From Centroscyllium fabricii (taxonomy: Eukaryota), in contig JBNRSN020000002.1 in the NCBI GenBank assembly GCA_051313645.2, forward strand, positions 342,984,001 to 343,048,000: a stretch of 64,000 bases of DNA. Reading direction: 5' to 3'. Position numbers and translations under genes: made by a program. The notes below the pieces were generated by a model. That model saw only the letters and a program-made list of their open reading frames with translations, did no database searches and was not told the DNA's origin. Position 1 is the stretch's first letter; each line of letters begins with the position of its first letter. This document shows, piece after piece, positions 9,976 to 22,665 of this stretch.

Positions 9976-12900
9976 TGTGGGGAACGGTAGTTTCCCACTC
10001 TGTAAATACTAAGAAACGGAGGAAAACAACGGAGCAAATTCAAACAAGTCTTTATTCAACTCTATCCACGCAGAACTAACTAGAAAACGGCGCGAAAACG
10101 CAAAGCATCGTGGGGCTCTTGAGTGACAGCCCTCCGGACCATTCAGGGACTGTAACCATTGATCTAACTTATCCAATGGGGAAACGGGGGCGGGACCACT
10201 CGGGAAATGTGGATTCTGTGTCCTAGAGAGACCGGATTGTCTCTCTTAAGTGACTACGCTACACACGGCCCCCCTGAATCCTCATACACATGGTACGTCA
10301 ACCTCCGAGGAGACATGATAAGGCGGCCGTAATGAGTGCGATAGGCCACCAGTGCAGGAGGGGACACTGGGGAGCCGTGGACAGGACTGGGAGATAGCGG
10401 CGCTGCAGGAGCAGGAGGAGGCGAGGCTGGAGGCGAAACAAGAACCGGAGCTGTACCTGGGGCATAAAGACTGTGGGACCCGCCGGGGGTACGCTCGGGA
10501 AAAGGAAGCTCTCCTGGCGCGGGGCCAGGGAAAGCTGTTCCTGTGAGGTGGGGTCCAAGTGGGCCAGTTTAAGACGGTCGATAGACACGCGGTCCTGTCG
10601 GCCTCCAACCTCAAGGAGAAAAGACTTGTCGCCAGCCTCCAGCACCCTGAAAGGGCCAATGTATGGCACCTGCAAGGGGGTTTTATGGGCGTCACGACAC
10701 ACAAAGACAAATTGAGCCCGACGGAGCTCAGTAGGTATGTGGGACGACCGGGCACCATGCCGAGAGGTGGGCACAGGGAGGAAACGATGCGCAGCGTCGT
10801 TGTGCCGGGCGAGTTGCTTGCCGGCCGACCAAGGGTCGGTGGTGGAGGGAAGGAACTCTCCTGGAACACGCAAAGGCTGTCCAAAAACGAGTTCAGCGGA
10901 CGAAACGCCGAGGTCGTCCTTGGGCGCAGATTGCAATCTCAGCAAGACCCAAGGGAGCCTGTCTAACCAATTGGCGTCAACCAGGCTAGCTCGGAGTGAA
11001 GCCTTAAGGGCGCAGTGGAAGCGTTCGCAAATGCCTTTCGCCTGCGGATGGTACACAGTTGTGCGGTGCACTTGCATACCCAGGCCAGTGGCAACTGCAC
11101 TCCAGAGCTGAGAGGTAAACTGCGGGCCTCTGTTGGAAGTGATGTCCGACGGTACCCCAAACCGGATCACCCAAGAAAAAATGAAGGCACGTGCTACGTC
11201 GGCTGCAGTGGTGGAAGAAAGAGGTACGACCTCTGGCCACCTAGTGGTGCGGTCCACGACGTTAAGGAGATGGGTGAAACCCTGCGATGGGGCAATGGGC
11301 CCACCAGGTCAACATGGACATGATCAAAGCGCGCTCGGGCACCGGAAAATTTTGCAAGGGAGCTTTGGTATGCTGATGGACCTTGGTGCATTGACAGTCC
11401 TGGCAGGTGTTGGTCCTGTTCCGCACATCCTTATGCAGACCCGGCCTAACAAATTTGGCAGACATGAGCTTCTGAGAAGCCTGCATTCCCGGGTGTGAGA
11501 GTCCATGGACCAACTCGAAAATGCGCCTGCGCCAGGAGGTAGGCACCAAGGACCTAGGGGTGGAGACGGACACGTCACACAAAAGGGTCGTGCCGGCGGC
11601 GTGAAAATGGACGTCCGCTAGAGTCAGGCTGGTGGACGCAGCACGAAGAGCCTGTAGCTCAGTGTCCGCTCACTGGGCGCGTGCCATTTCAGCGTAATCA
11701 ACACCAAAGTGGACTGCATTGAGGGAAGGACGGGAGAGACAGTCCGCAACGACGTTATCTTTACCGGACACGTGGCGAATATCCATCGTAAATTCTGAAA
11801 TAAAATTCAGGTGGCGCTGTTGGCGACCTGACCAAGGCTCTGTGACTTTGGACATAGCAAAAATGAGGGGCTTATGGTCCACGTAGGCCGTAAAAGGATG
11901 GCCCTCTAAAAGAAAACGAAAATGCCGCACTGCAAGGAAAAGAGCTAGCAGTTTTCGATCGAACGTGCTATACGAGAGCTCATTTTTCCGCAGTGGGCGG
12001 CTAAAAAAGCGAGGGGCTGCCAGGCACTGTCAACCCACTGCTGCTGAACGGCGCCAATGGCATGATCCGAGGGATCCGTCATGAGCGGCAGTGGAGCATC
12101 CGGAATGGGGTGGGTCAAAAAGGTGGCTTCAGCCAAGGCCGACTTAGCAAGACGAAAAGCCTCAACCATATCGGCCGACCACTGAAGACTATCCTTGCCG
12201 GTCTTGCCCCTGGTAGCTTCGTACAGGGGGCACATGATGGAGGCCGCCTTGGGAATAAATCGGTGATAAAAATTAACCATTCCCAGGAATTCCTGGAGTG
12301 ACTTAACCGAGTTAGGCTGGGGAAAGTCCACGACCGCCTGCACCTTAGAGCGCAAAGGGATAGCTCCCGCCGGGGAGATGTGATGCCCTAGAAAATCAAT
12401 TTCAGGGTGGCCGAATTGGCATTTACTTGGGTTAACAATTAGGCCGTGATGGGCCAATCTCTGAAAGAGAGAGCGCAGGTGCACTAAATGTTGAGATTCA
12501 TCAGCGCTAGCAACCAAAATATCATCAAGATATACAAACAAAAAGTCCAACTCCCGAAGGACAGAGTCCATCAACCGTTGGAAAACCTGTGCCACATTCT
12601 TTAACCCGAAGGGCATGTGTAGGAATTCGAAAAGTCCAAATGGTGGAACAACGGCTGTCTTTTGGACCAGGACCTGGTGATTCCCTCGGACGAGGTCGAC
12701 TTTCGAAAAAATGGTAGTGCCCACCAAATGGGCTGGAAAGTCTTGAATATGTGGCACCGGGTATCTGTCCGGCGTGATGGTGTCGTTGAGGCGCCGGTAG
12801 TCACCACACGGTCGCCAGCTGCCTCCGGGCTTGGTGATGGTGTGGAGTGGGGATGACCACGGGCTGTTGGAAGGTCGAATGATCCCCAACTTCTCCATGG

Positions 12901-14485
12901 CCGAGAATTCCTGTTTGGCCACTGCCATCTTTGTAGGGTCGAGGCGTCTGGCTCGAGCGAAGACCAGTAGTGGCGATGTGATGTTGAACGCCGTGTTTGG
13001 CCGTCCCATCGGAAAAGGTCGGTTGCATGATGGTCGGGAATTCGGCCAGCAGGCACGCGTACTTGTCGCCCGAAGGAGGAGAGCAGGGGCTTACGAGGGG
13101 TTGGCCATCACTTCACTGGCAGGGAAATGAGGCGAAGGTAGATGCATCCATCAGGCGTCTGCCCTGGACGCCCACGAGCAGCCCATGGGCACACAGGAAA
13201 TCTGTGCCCAGCAATGGATGTGCTATATTGGCCGTGACAAAATCGCAGGTAAACCGTTGGTCACCCAGTCGAATTTCCACCCGCCTCTTATCGAACGTGG
13301 CTATTGCTGCGCCATTCACTGCCATGAGGGGTGGGCCACTGTGGCCTGACTGTCGATCGGAGCGCATGGCCGGTAAGATGCTGAGCTGGGCCCCTGTGTC
13401 GCAGAGGAATTGTTGCCCAGACAGAGAGCCTGTAACATACAGCAACTGACCTGCTGTGCCCATGGCGTTAGCGGCGGCTGGTCCTTGGCGGTGATGCTGG
13501 CTCGGAGCATTGGGTTTGGGTTGGGCCGCCTTGCTGTCGAATGAACAAGGTGGTCGGCAGCGGTGGGCCTTCGGGCCGAAACGTGCATGGTAATACCAAA
13601 GCTCCGGCTGTGGTCGAGGCGTTGGTTGCTGCGTACGAGCTGGGGGCCTCGTGGTTGCGCACTTGAAGGGTGTACACAGGCAGACACGGTCCGCGGCATA
13701 GTCCCCGCCTTTAATGTTCGCTAACGTAGATTGCACCGGCTGCGGGAGCAGGTAGATGAAAAGTGCCCGGAACAAAGGGCAGTCCTTGTGGTCGCCAAGC
13801 AGGGTGAGCATGCGGTTCATCAAGCGTGTGGGCGTGGAATCACTTAAAACCGGGAGTTCAAGAAGTTGCTGGGCCCGCACGGTCTCCGGTAGGTCGTGGG
13901 CCTGAAGCAGTCGCTTCTTGATGGCAGCGTACCGGTCAGCTGGCGGCGGGTCCTGAAGCAGGTCGACGATGTCAGCGCCAATGTGGCTTGGCTGGGCCGC
14001 AACGACGAGGAGATAGCGGTCCTCATCGTGAGTGATGCATTTTAATCAAAACTGTTCCTCCATTTGAATGAACCAAGCGGCTGCTTGGTGCTCCTAAAAG
14101 GCAGGGAGACTAGTAGTCGATGGCCGTTCGCATTGCCCGGCCTCGGGGTGCGCGTTCCGGTCAGCGTTTTCTTCGTCTGACATTCGGGGTCACCAATTGT
14201 GGGGAACGGTAGTTTCCCACTCTTTAAATACTAAGAAATGGAGGAAAACAGCGGAGCAAATTCAAACAAGTCTTTATTCAACTCTATCCACGCAGAACTA
14301 ACTAGAAAACGGCGTGAAAACGCAAAGCATCGTGGGGCTCTTGAGTGACAGCCGTCCGGTCCAGTCAGGGACCGTAACCGTTGATCTAACTTATCCAATG
14401 GGGAAACAGGGGCGGGACCACTCGGGAAATGTGGATTCTGTGTCCTAGAGAGACCGGATTGTCTCTCTTAAGTGGCTACGCTTCA
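9976..14485 (-). mobile_element. Degenerate full-length Ty3/Gypsy LTR retrotransposon of the CsRn1 clade
   Basis: 288-bp LTRs at 9976-10263 and 14198-14485 (about 12 differences); TSD ATAC/ATAT; tRNA-Trp-type PBS TGGTGACCCCGA (plus 14184-14195); gag CHCC-type motif YYHARFGPKAHRCRPPC; protease LCDTGA; RT YLDD; integrase with GPF motif; several frameshifts. Confidence 0.93.
10298..14150 (-). pseudogene. Frameshifted gag-pol of the CsRn1-like element
   Basis: Fragments in different frames: gag/protease 13113-13880, RT 11945-13009, RNase H 11670-11930, integrase 10298-11582. Confidence 0.88.
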
Positions 14486-14832
14486 ATATTATGTAAATTT
14501 GCCTAAGCCTTGAAACTTTAGTGGGGTTAGGCTGTTTCTTGGTCAGCAGAAGCAAATCACACTCTACCATTTTTCTACACAGGTTTTTTCCTATGCAGCA
14601 ATTTTAGGATAAAGTGCTCAACTAACGGTAGATTTAATATCTGTTATGTTTTGAGTGGTTTTCTTGGCTTCAGTAGATGTTCCATAGCACTATTCACAAG
14701 ATGACATTGAAAATATTTGTAACCATACATGTATAAAAGTTTAGAGGATAAGTACAGAGTCTGGTATTAAAGCTGAATTAAAACTCAAAAATTCCTTAAA
14801 AAAAAGTCATTTTTATTTTCTTTCTCCCTTAG

Positions 14833-15153
14833 CACGGAAGTCTAAGAAACTGGGAAAGGTGAAAGGGCTGCATGAAGAGCAGCAACCACCTCACAGCCCA
14901 AAGGAAGGGATCACGTTCACTGCTCCTTTACCGGAACCCACAGCAAGCACCGCCCTTGTTCCTCATTTCTCACTTATGCCACAACGCATTAACCCATCCC
15001 TGATCACTATTCTCGAAGCCATTGAACCTGAAGTCGTTTATGCAGCTTATGACATCAGTCAGGCAGACACAACTAATCACTTGCTGTCCAGTTTGAACAG
15101 GCTGGCAGAGAAACAGATGATTCGAATAGTGAAGTGGGCCAAAGGTCTTCCAG
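14833..15153 (+). CDS. nr3c2: Mineralocorticoid receptor coding exon (hinge plus LBD helices 1-3; corresponds to human exon 5)
   Basis: Pyrimidine tract and AG at 14831-14832; GT donor at 15154. Translates [26 protein letters not shown]...[15 protein letters not shown]...[25 protein letters not shown]. The ARKSKKLGK...HEEQ hinge matches MR rather than GR, PR or AR. 321 nt. Confidence 0.93.
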
Positions 15154-15329
15154 GTAGGATGACATGGAAACATTTATCTTTCACTTCTGTAGCACGTCCG
15201 TGCATTTTCTTATCTTCTGCATGTGTGCTAGTGCTTATGTTTTTAATGATAGGGTTGCAATTTCTCCCCTATACCGTGTTACCTTTCCAAAACAAAAGAC
15301 TCTGACTAATAGCTGCTACATATGTTTAG

Positions 15330-15475
15330 CCATAATGTGGAGGTGCCGGTGTTGGACTGGGGTGGACAAATGCAAGAAGTCACACAACACCAGATTATAG
15401 TCCAACGGTTTTATTTAAAATTTTTATATTAAAAAATAAAACCGTTGGACTATAATCTGGTGTTGTGTGACTTCT
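15330..15475. mobile_element. Penelope-like fold-back remnant
   Basis: 43-bp perfect inverted repeat (15374-15416 and 15434-15476) with a 17-nt loop; flanking 13-bp direct repeat TACATATGTTTAG (15317-15329 and 15476-15488). The sequence resembles the shark Penelope-type pseudo-LTR tail (recognised from memory). Confidence 0.7.
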
Positions 15476-15562
15476 TACATATGTTTAGGGCATTTTTTAT
15501 TTTAGGCATTTACATAGCCATTTATCTATTTATGTATATATTTTACATATATATTTTTTAAA

Positions 15563-18500
15563 CTGCCCAAGAAAACGGCCGTGACGTGCCTGAACGACTA
15601 CCGCCCTGTTGCACTTACACCCATTATCATGAAGTGTTTCGAGTGGCTGGTCCTGGCCCACATCAAAGCCAGCATCCCCGCCGCCCTGGACCAATACCAG
15701 TTCGCCTACCGTGGGAACAGATCTACAGAGGATGCTATCACTACGGCTCTTCACTCTGCACTAAACCACCTGGATAGCAAAGATACATATATCAGAATGC
15801 TGTTTATTGACTACAGCTCAGCATTCAACACCATCGTCCCCAGCAAATTGTCTACCAAACTCCTCACCCTCGGCCTGAACACCTCCCTCTGCAACTGGAC
15901 CCTGGACTTCCTAACCAACAGACCACAGTCTGTGAAGTTAGGCAACCTCACCTCCCCCCCCCTTACCCTGAACACGGGGGCCCCACAAGGTTGTGTGCTG
16001 AGCCCCCTCCTCTACTCCCTCTTCACTCACGACTGTGCGGCTGTCCATGGCTCCAACACGATCATCAAGTTTGCGGATGACACCACGGTGGTTGGCCAGA
16101 TCACCAACAACGACGAGTCAGCCTACAGGGATGAGATCCAGCGCCTTGTGGGTTGGTGTGCCGACAACAACCTGGCACTGAACACCAAGAAAACCAAGGA
16201 GATCATAGTGGACTTCCGGAGGACTGGAAACAGAAGACACACCCCCATCTTCATCCAAGGGGCTGAGGTGGAAAGGGTGTCCAGCTTCAAGTTCCTCGGG
16301 GTCCACATCTCGGAAGATCTCTCCTGGTCACTAAACACCTCCTCTCTGGGTAAGAAGGCCCAACAGCGCCTGTACTTCCTAAGGAAGCTGAAGAAAGCCA
16401 GGCTGTCATCCGGCATCCTCTCCAACTTCTACCGCTGCACAATAGAAAGCATACTGACAAGCTGCATCACTGTCTGGTATGGTAATTGCACTATAGAACA
16501 TAGAACATACAGCACTGTACAGGCCCTTGGGCCCTCAATGTAGTGCCGCGCTTAGTCCGTCTCTGATTTTTTTCTGTCCCCCCTACTCTTCCTTCCCCTC
16601 CATGTACCTATCTATCATCCTTTTAAAAGCACCCAGACTGTCCACATCCACTATTTCAGATGGTAGCCTATTCCATTCCCCGACCACTCTCTGCATAAAG
16701 AACTTGCCCCTGCCATCCCTTCTGAATCTTCCTCCTTGAATCTTGTGCTCGTGCCCTCTTGTTGTCGTTCTTCCCACCCGGGGAAACAGTCTCTGCACGT
16801 TTACTCTATCGATCCCCTTCATCATTTTAAACATCTCTATTAAGTCCCCCCTCTTCCTTCTCCATTCCAGGGAGAAGAGTCCCAGCTTCCTCAACCTCTC
16901 CTCGTACGACTTTCCCCCCATTCCCGGCAGCATCCTGGTGAATCTCCTCTGCACCCTCTCCAGCGCATCCACATCCCTCCTGTAGTACGGTGCCCAGAAC
17001 TGCACACAGTACTCCAAGTGTGGTCTCACCAGTGACCTGTACAGCTGTAGCATGACCTCCCGGTTCTTAAACTCTATTCCCCTGTTGATGAAGGCCAATA
17101 TACCATAGGCCTTTTTTACTGCCTTGTCCACCTGGGTGGCAGCCTTCAATGATCTGTGTACATATACTCCCAGATCCCTTTGCTCCTCTGCTTCACTCAG
17201 GACCCTGCCATTGACCCTATATTCCCTCTTCCTATTTGCCCTACCGAAGTGCATCACCTCGCATTTCCCCGTGTTGAACTCCATTTGCCATTCTTCAGCC
17301 CAGCTCTGCATCCTATCTATATCCCTCTGAATCTTTCTACTTCCTTCCTCCTCATCCACTACTCCCCCAATCTTTGTGTCATCCGCAAATTTGCTGACCC
17401 ACCCCTCAGTCCCCTCCTCCAAGTCATTGAAAAAGATTACAAATAGTAGTGGCCCCAACACCGACCCCTGTGGTACCCCACTGGTGACCGGTCTCCAACC
17501 CGAGTATTGGCCCTCTACCACTACCCTCTGCTTCCTCTGAGCCAGCCAGTTCTCAATCCATCCCACCACTTCGTTGTTTACCCCGCAACTCCTTACTTTC
17601 TTCATGAGTCGACCGTGCGGGACCTTGTCGAACGCCTTGCTAAAGTCCATATATATGACATCAACCGCCTTTCCCTCGTCCACACACTTGGTCACCTCTT
17701 CAAAGAATTCTATCAGGTTGGTCAGGCATGATTTGCCCTTAACGAATCCGTGCTGACTGCTCCTGATTAATTTGCCCCTTTCTAGATGGTCGTAGATCCT
17801 GTCCCTCAGGACCCTTTCCATCACCTTTCCGACCACCGAGGTAAGGCTGACTGGTCTGTAGTTCCCTGGCACGTCCCTGCTCCCCTTTTTAAATATGGGA
17901 ACCACATTCGCCTCTCTCCAGTCCTCAGGGACTATCCCCGAGGATAGCGAGGAACTAAAGATAGAGGTCAGTGGCTCTGCGATTTCATTCCTCGCTTCCC
18001 AGAGAATCATTGGATATATCCCGTCCGGCCCAGGAGATTTGTCTACCTTCAGTTTCTCCAAAATATCTAATACCTCCCCCCTCTGAATATTTACTTCCCC
18101 CATCCTTTCCCCTTGTATCTTGAACTCCTCCTCTACTTTTAGTTCCCTCTCCCTTGTGAACACGGACGCAAAATATTCATTTAGTGCTTCCCCAATTTCC
18201 TCTGACTCCGTGCACATTTCTCCCTTTCTGTCTTTGATCGGCCCTACTCTTATCCTAGTCATCCTTTTATTTCTTACGTAAGCATAGAAAGCCTTAGGGT
18301 TCTCCTTTATCCTTCCCGCTAATGCCTTCTCATGCCCTCCCTTTGCCTTCCTTAGCCCATTCTTCAGTTTTTTCCTTGCTTCTTTGTACTCCTTTCCCGG
18401 ACCGGAAAACCCTGCAGCGGGTAGTCAAAACTGCCCAACGAATTACCGGTACACAGCTACCGTCAATGGAAAGCATCTACCTCAAACGCTGCTTACGGAG

Positions 18501-18798
18501 GTCTATGAACATTATTAAAGACCCCACACACCCCCTGCCCTCCAGGAGACGCTACAGAGCAATTTGCACCCGCACGACTAGATTTCAGAACAGCTTCTTC
18601 CCCAGGGCTGTCAGCCTCCTGAACTCTAAAAAGAAACTCCGGTACCTGCACGCCTGATAATGTACTCTACTGTATGCATTTTGCATGTAATTTATTTATT
18701 TTATTTGCACTACTCTCGGGAGAGTCGAGTCTTCGTCTCGTTGTATTGTACTAGTACTCTGCAATGACAATAAAACTTGAATTGAATTGAATTGAATT
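15563..18798 (+). mobile_element. 5'-truncated Rex1/Babar LINE interrupted by a CR1
   Basis: [28 protein letters not shown] and FADD in ORF 15581-16492; resumes at about 18394 (PDRKTLQRVVKTAQRITG); ends with AATAAA and a (TTGAA)n tail at about 18769-18798. Confidence 0.9.
16493..18393 (-). mobile_element. 5'-truncated CR1 LINE with intact RT ORF (16583-18262, open to about 18390), nested in Rex1
   Basis: KSPGPDG, NYRPVSLTS, GVPQGSVLGP, FADD and RPHLEYCVQFW motifs; 3' tail (ATGTTCT)n at 16493-16507. Confidence 0.93.
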
Positions 18799-18892
18799 AA
18801 GGCAAATATGTCAAAATAGCTTTTGAAATAATGATTGCCTAAAGTAGTAATTTGAAACACTGAGTAAATCGCAGAAAGAACATGAAGTTTTT

Positions 18893-21800
18893 GGCCCAGA
18901 AATTCGGGTCGGAGGCTTCCCGTGGGTGCAAGCCTCCAACCTGCACTTTCCTAGCGCGCGGCCGTTGAGCTATGGGACCACGTGGAATTGCGATCCTGGC
19001 CCTCCTTCAACTGCTGGCGCGCAGTGCTTGTGTATCGCAGGGGCGCAGTTAGTTCGAAGCATCCCCTGGGACCACGTGGGCCATGGAGAGCCAATGGTAG
19101 CAGAGAATTGCCCATTCTCTGTAGAAATAGAGGCAAACAAATATGATTTGGTTGCGATTACAGAAACATGGCTGCAGGGTGGACAAGGCTGGGAACTTAA
19201 CATACCAGGGTATACAATATTTAGGAAGGATAGGCAAAAAAGAAAGGGAGGTGGGGTGGCATTACTGGTGAGGGAGGGGATTAACTCAATTGAAAGGACT
19301 GATATTAACTCAGATGATGCGGAATCTGTATGGGTAGAACTGAGGAATAGCAAGGGGCGAAAAATGTTGCTGGGAGTGGTATATAGACCGCCTAATAGTA
19401 ATATGGAGGTTGGGGAAGGCATAAAAAGGGAAATTAAAGAAGCGTGCAATAAGGGCACAGCTGTCATCATGGGTGACTTTAATTTACATATAGATTGGAC
19501 TAGCCAGATTAGTAACAACACGATGGAGGAGGAATTTCTGGAGTGTATACGAGATGGTTTCCTGGACCAATATGTCGAGGAACCAACTCGGGATCAGGCC
19601 ATCTTAGACTGGGTACTGTGCAATGAGAAGGGATTCATTGGCAATCTTGTTGTACGAGGCCCATTGGGGCGGAGCGATCATAATATGATCGAATTCTCAC
19701 TCAGAATGGAGAGGGAAGAAATTGACTCGGAGACTAAGGTCCTAAATTTAAGAAAAAGGAACTATGATGGTATGAGACGAGAGTTGGGTACAATTGATTG
19801 GGGGGTGTCGCTCAGGGGGCTGACGGTGGATCAACAATGGCAGGCATTCAAAGATCGAATGGAAGAAGCGCAGAGCTTGTTTATACCAGTTTGGAATAAA
19901 AATAAACCAAAAAAGGTGACTCAACCGTGGATAACAAGGGAAATTAGGGATAACATAAAAACCAAAGAAAGGGCATATCAACTGGCCAAAAAAAGCAGCA
20001 AACCTGAAGATTGGGAACAATTCAGGATACAGCAAAGGAGGACAAAGGGATTAATTAAGAAGGGGAAAATAGATTACGAAAGAAGGCTTGCGGCAAACAT
20101 AAAAACTGACTGCAAAACCTTTTACAGATACATTAAAAGGAAGAGACTGGTGAAATCCAGAGTCGGGCCCCTGCAGTCCGAATCAGGAGATTATATAATG
20201 GGGAACAAGGAAATGGCGGACCAATTAAATTCATATTTTGGTTCTATCTTCACGGAGGAGGACACAAATAGCCTCCCGGAGATGTCGGGAAACATAGGGA
20301 CTAATGAGGGGGAGGAACTGAAAGAAATCAATATTTCTAAGGATATGGTGTCCGGGAAATTGAAAGGATTAAAGGCCGACAAATCCCCAGGGCCTGATAA
20401 TCTGCATCCTAGGGTGCTTAAGGAAGTGGCCCTGGAGATATCAGATGCTTTGAGGATCATTTTCCAGAACTCAATAGACTCTGGAATGGTGCCCAGGGAT
20501 TGGAGGGTAGCTAATGTTACCCCACTATTCAAAAAGGGGGGTAGAGAGAAGGCGGGGAATTATAGACCGGTAAGCCTTACATCGGTTGTGGGCAAAATGC
20601 TAGAGTCCATTATTAAGGACGTAATAGCAGATCACTTGACTAAGAGTGATGGGATCGGACACAGTCAACATGGATTTACAAAAGGTAAATCATGCTTGAC
20701 TAATCTATTGGAATTCTTCGAGGATGTAACCGATAAAATAGATAGGAGAGAGCCAGTAGATGTGGTTTATCTGGACTTCCAGAAAGCCTTTGACAAGGTC
20801 CCTCATAGGAAATTGGCAGGCAAAATTAAGGCTCATGGGATTGGGGGCAAGGTATTGGCGTGGATAGAGAACTGGTTGGCAGATAGAAAACAGAGAGTTG
20901 GGATAAACGGGTCGTTTTCTGATTGGCGGGCAGTGACTAGTGGGGTACCACAGGGGTCGGTACTGGGACCCCAGCTGTTCACAATATATATTAATGACCT
21001 GGATGAGGAAATTGGATGTAACATCTCCAAATTCGCAGATGACACTAAGCTTGGAGGGGAAGTATGCTCTGAGGAGGATGTCGGGAAGCTCCAGAGCGAC
21101 CTGGACAGATTGGGGGATTGGGCGAACACATGGCAAATGCACTATAATGTGGATAAATCTGAGGTTATCCACTTTGGTAGCAAAAACAGAAAGGCAGATT
21201 ATTATTTGAATGGCAATAGATTGGGAGATGGGGAAGTGCAAAGAGATCTGGGTGTTCTTGTGCACCAGTCACTGAAGGTGAGCATGCAGGTGCAGCAGGC
21301 GGTTAAAAAGGCAAATGGTATGTTGGCCTTTATATCAAGAGGGTTTGAGTATAGGAATAGGGATGTCTTGCTGCAGCTGTACAGGGTCTTGGTGAGGCCA
21401 CACCTTGAGTATTGTGTGCAGTTTTGGTCGCCGCATCTGAGGAAGGATGTTCTTGCCATGGAGGGAGTACAGCGACGATTCACCAGGCTGATACCTGGGA
21501 TGGCAGGAATGACTTATGAGGAGAGATTGTGTAGTCTGGGCTTATACTCGCTGGAGTTTAGAAGATTAAGAGGGGATCTCATCGAGACTTATAAAATTCT
21601 GTCAGGCTTGGACAGGTTAGATGCAGAAAGGATGTTTCCGATGGCCGGGGAGTCGAGAACCAGGGGGCATAGCCTAAGGATAAGGGGTAAGCCTTTTAGG
21701 ACTGAGATGAGGAGGAAATTCTTCACACAGAGAGTGGTGAACCTGTGGAATTCCTTGCCACAGAGGGCGGTGGAGGCTGGTTCATTGAATATATTCAAGA

Positions 21801-22176
21801 GGGAACTGGATATATTTCTTCAGGCTAAAGGGATTAAGGGATATGGGGAGAAGGCAGGGACTGGGTACTGAACGTGTAAGATCAGCCATGATCTCATTGA
21901 ATGGCGGAGCAGGCTCTAAGGGCCGAATGGCCTACTCCTGCTCCTATCTTCTATGATTCTGTGATTCATAAAATTGACAGGAAGAGCTGTCAAAACTCTG
22001 AATACTATAAGCCCGAAAACATCACTAAAACTTCAAATAATTTTTTTTTAAAGTCACATTTTTAAAATAACTGTAAATTACATGAAATAACTATTTTAAA
22101 CAATAATTCGAATTTTTGAAAAAATTAATTACATTTTCTAAAGGGGCTAAAAATAAACTTACTTTTCTTTCAAGTA
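18893..22176. mobile_element. Harbinger-type non-autonomous element (GGCCCAGAAATT end), split by a CR1 and truncated
   Basis: 18893-19117 and 21968-22176 are collinear with the copy at 28640-29090; same terminal motif as the complete copy at 52750-53511. Confidence 0.7.
19118..21967 (+). mobile_element. CR1 LINE with near-complete, uninterrupted ORF2 (endonuclease plus RT)
   Basis: APE motifs YDLVAITETW, YRPP, MGDFN and SDH; RT FADD; stop at 21869-21871; typical 3' UTR and ATTCTATG-type tail. No stops or frameshifts over about 917 codons. Confidence 0.95.
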
Positions 22177-22665
22177 CAGGTTGAGCACCGGTAATCCATT
22201 ACCCGAAATGCCGGCAACTTCAGTGGTCCGGTATAAATCGCCCCGACTGCCCTGCGCATGCGCAAAATGGCAGCCGCGATCGAGGCTTCGGCGAATGATC
22301 TGAGCATGCGCCACCGAACGGCGAGCGCATGCGCAGATCATTCAAAACGGCTGCCGGATGAGCCGTGCCTTCCGTGGCGTCAGGGCGCGGCGGCTTGCGC
22401 CGCGTTTTGAATGTGCGACTCCCGAGCGCCCGCCATGATGAAGCGCGCGGTTCCCCGGAGCAGCCTGCAGGCTGTCATCAGGAGGCACAAACCGCAGCTG
22501 AGACTCAGCAAGGACGTTCAGCAGCCATTTCCAATGTTGTGCGCATGCGCGCGGCCATTTTGAATGGTGCGCGCATGCGCACTGACCGACTTCATTCTAC
22601 CGGTTTTTTCACTTTCCCGGCACGGGCCTGATCCCGCCCGTGCCGGATTACCGGTGCTCAACCTG
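22177..22665. mobile_element. Tigger/pogo-type (Tc1-mariner) MITE
   Basis: 21-bp perfect TIR CAGGTTGAGCACCGGTAATCC with TA on both sides (22175-22176 and 22666-22667); CpG-rich interior. Confidence 0.9.

Noticed and set aside
15154-15305. C-terminal 50 aa of ORF 14859-15305
   Set aside because: Read-through into the intron past the conserved GT donor; receptor similarity stops at LPG.
16493-16510. AGAACA repeats as hormone-response half-sites for MR autoregulation
   Set aside because: They are simply the CR1 tail repeat; no AGAACAnnnTGTTCT palindrome was seen.
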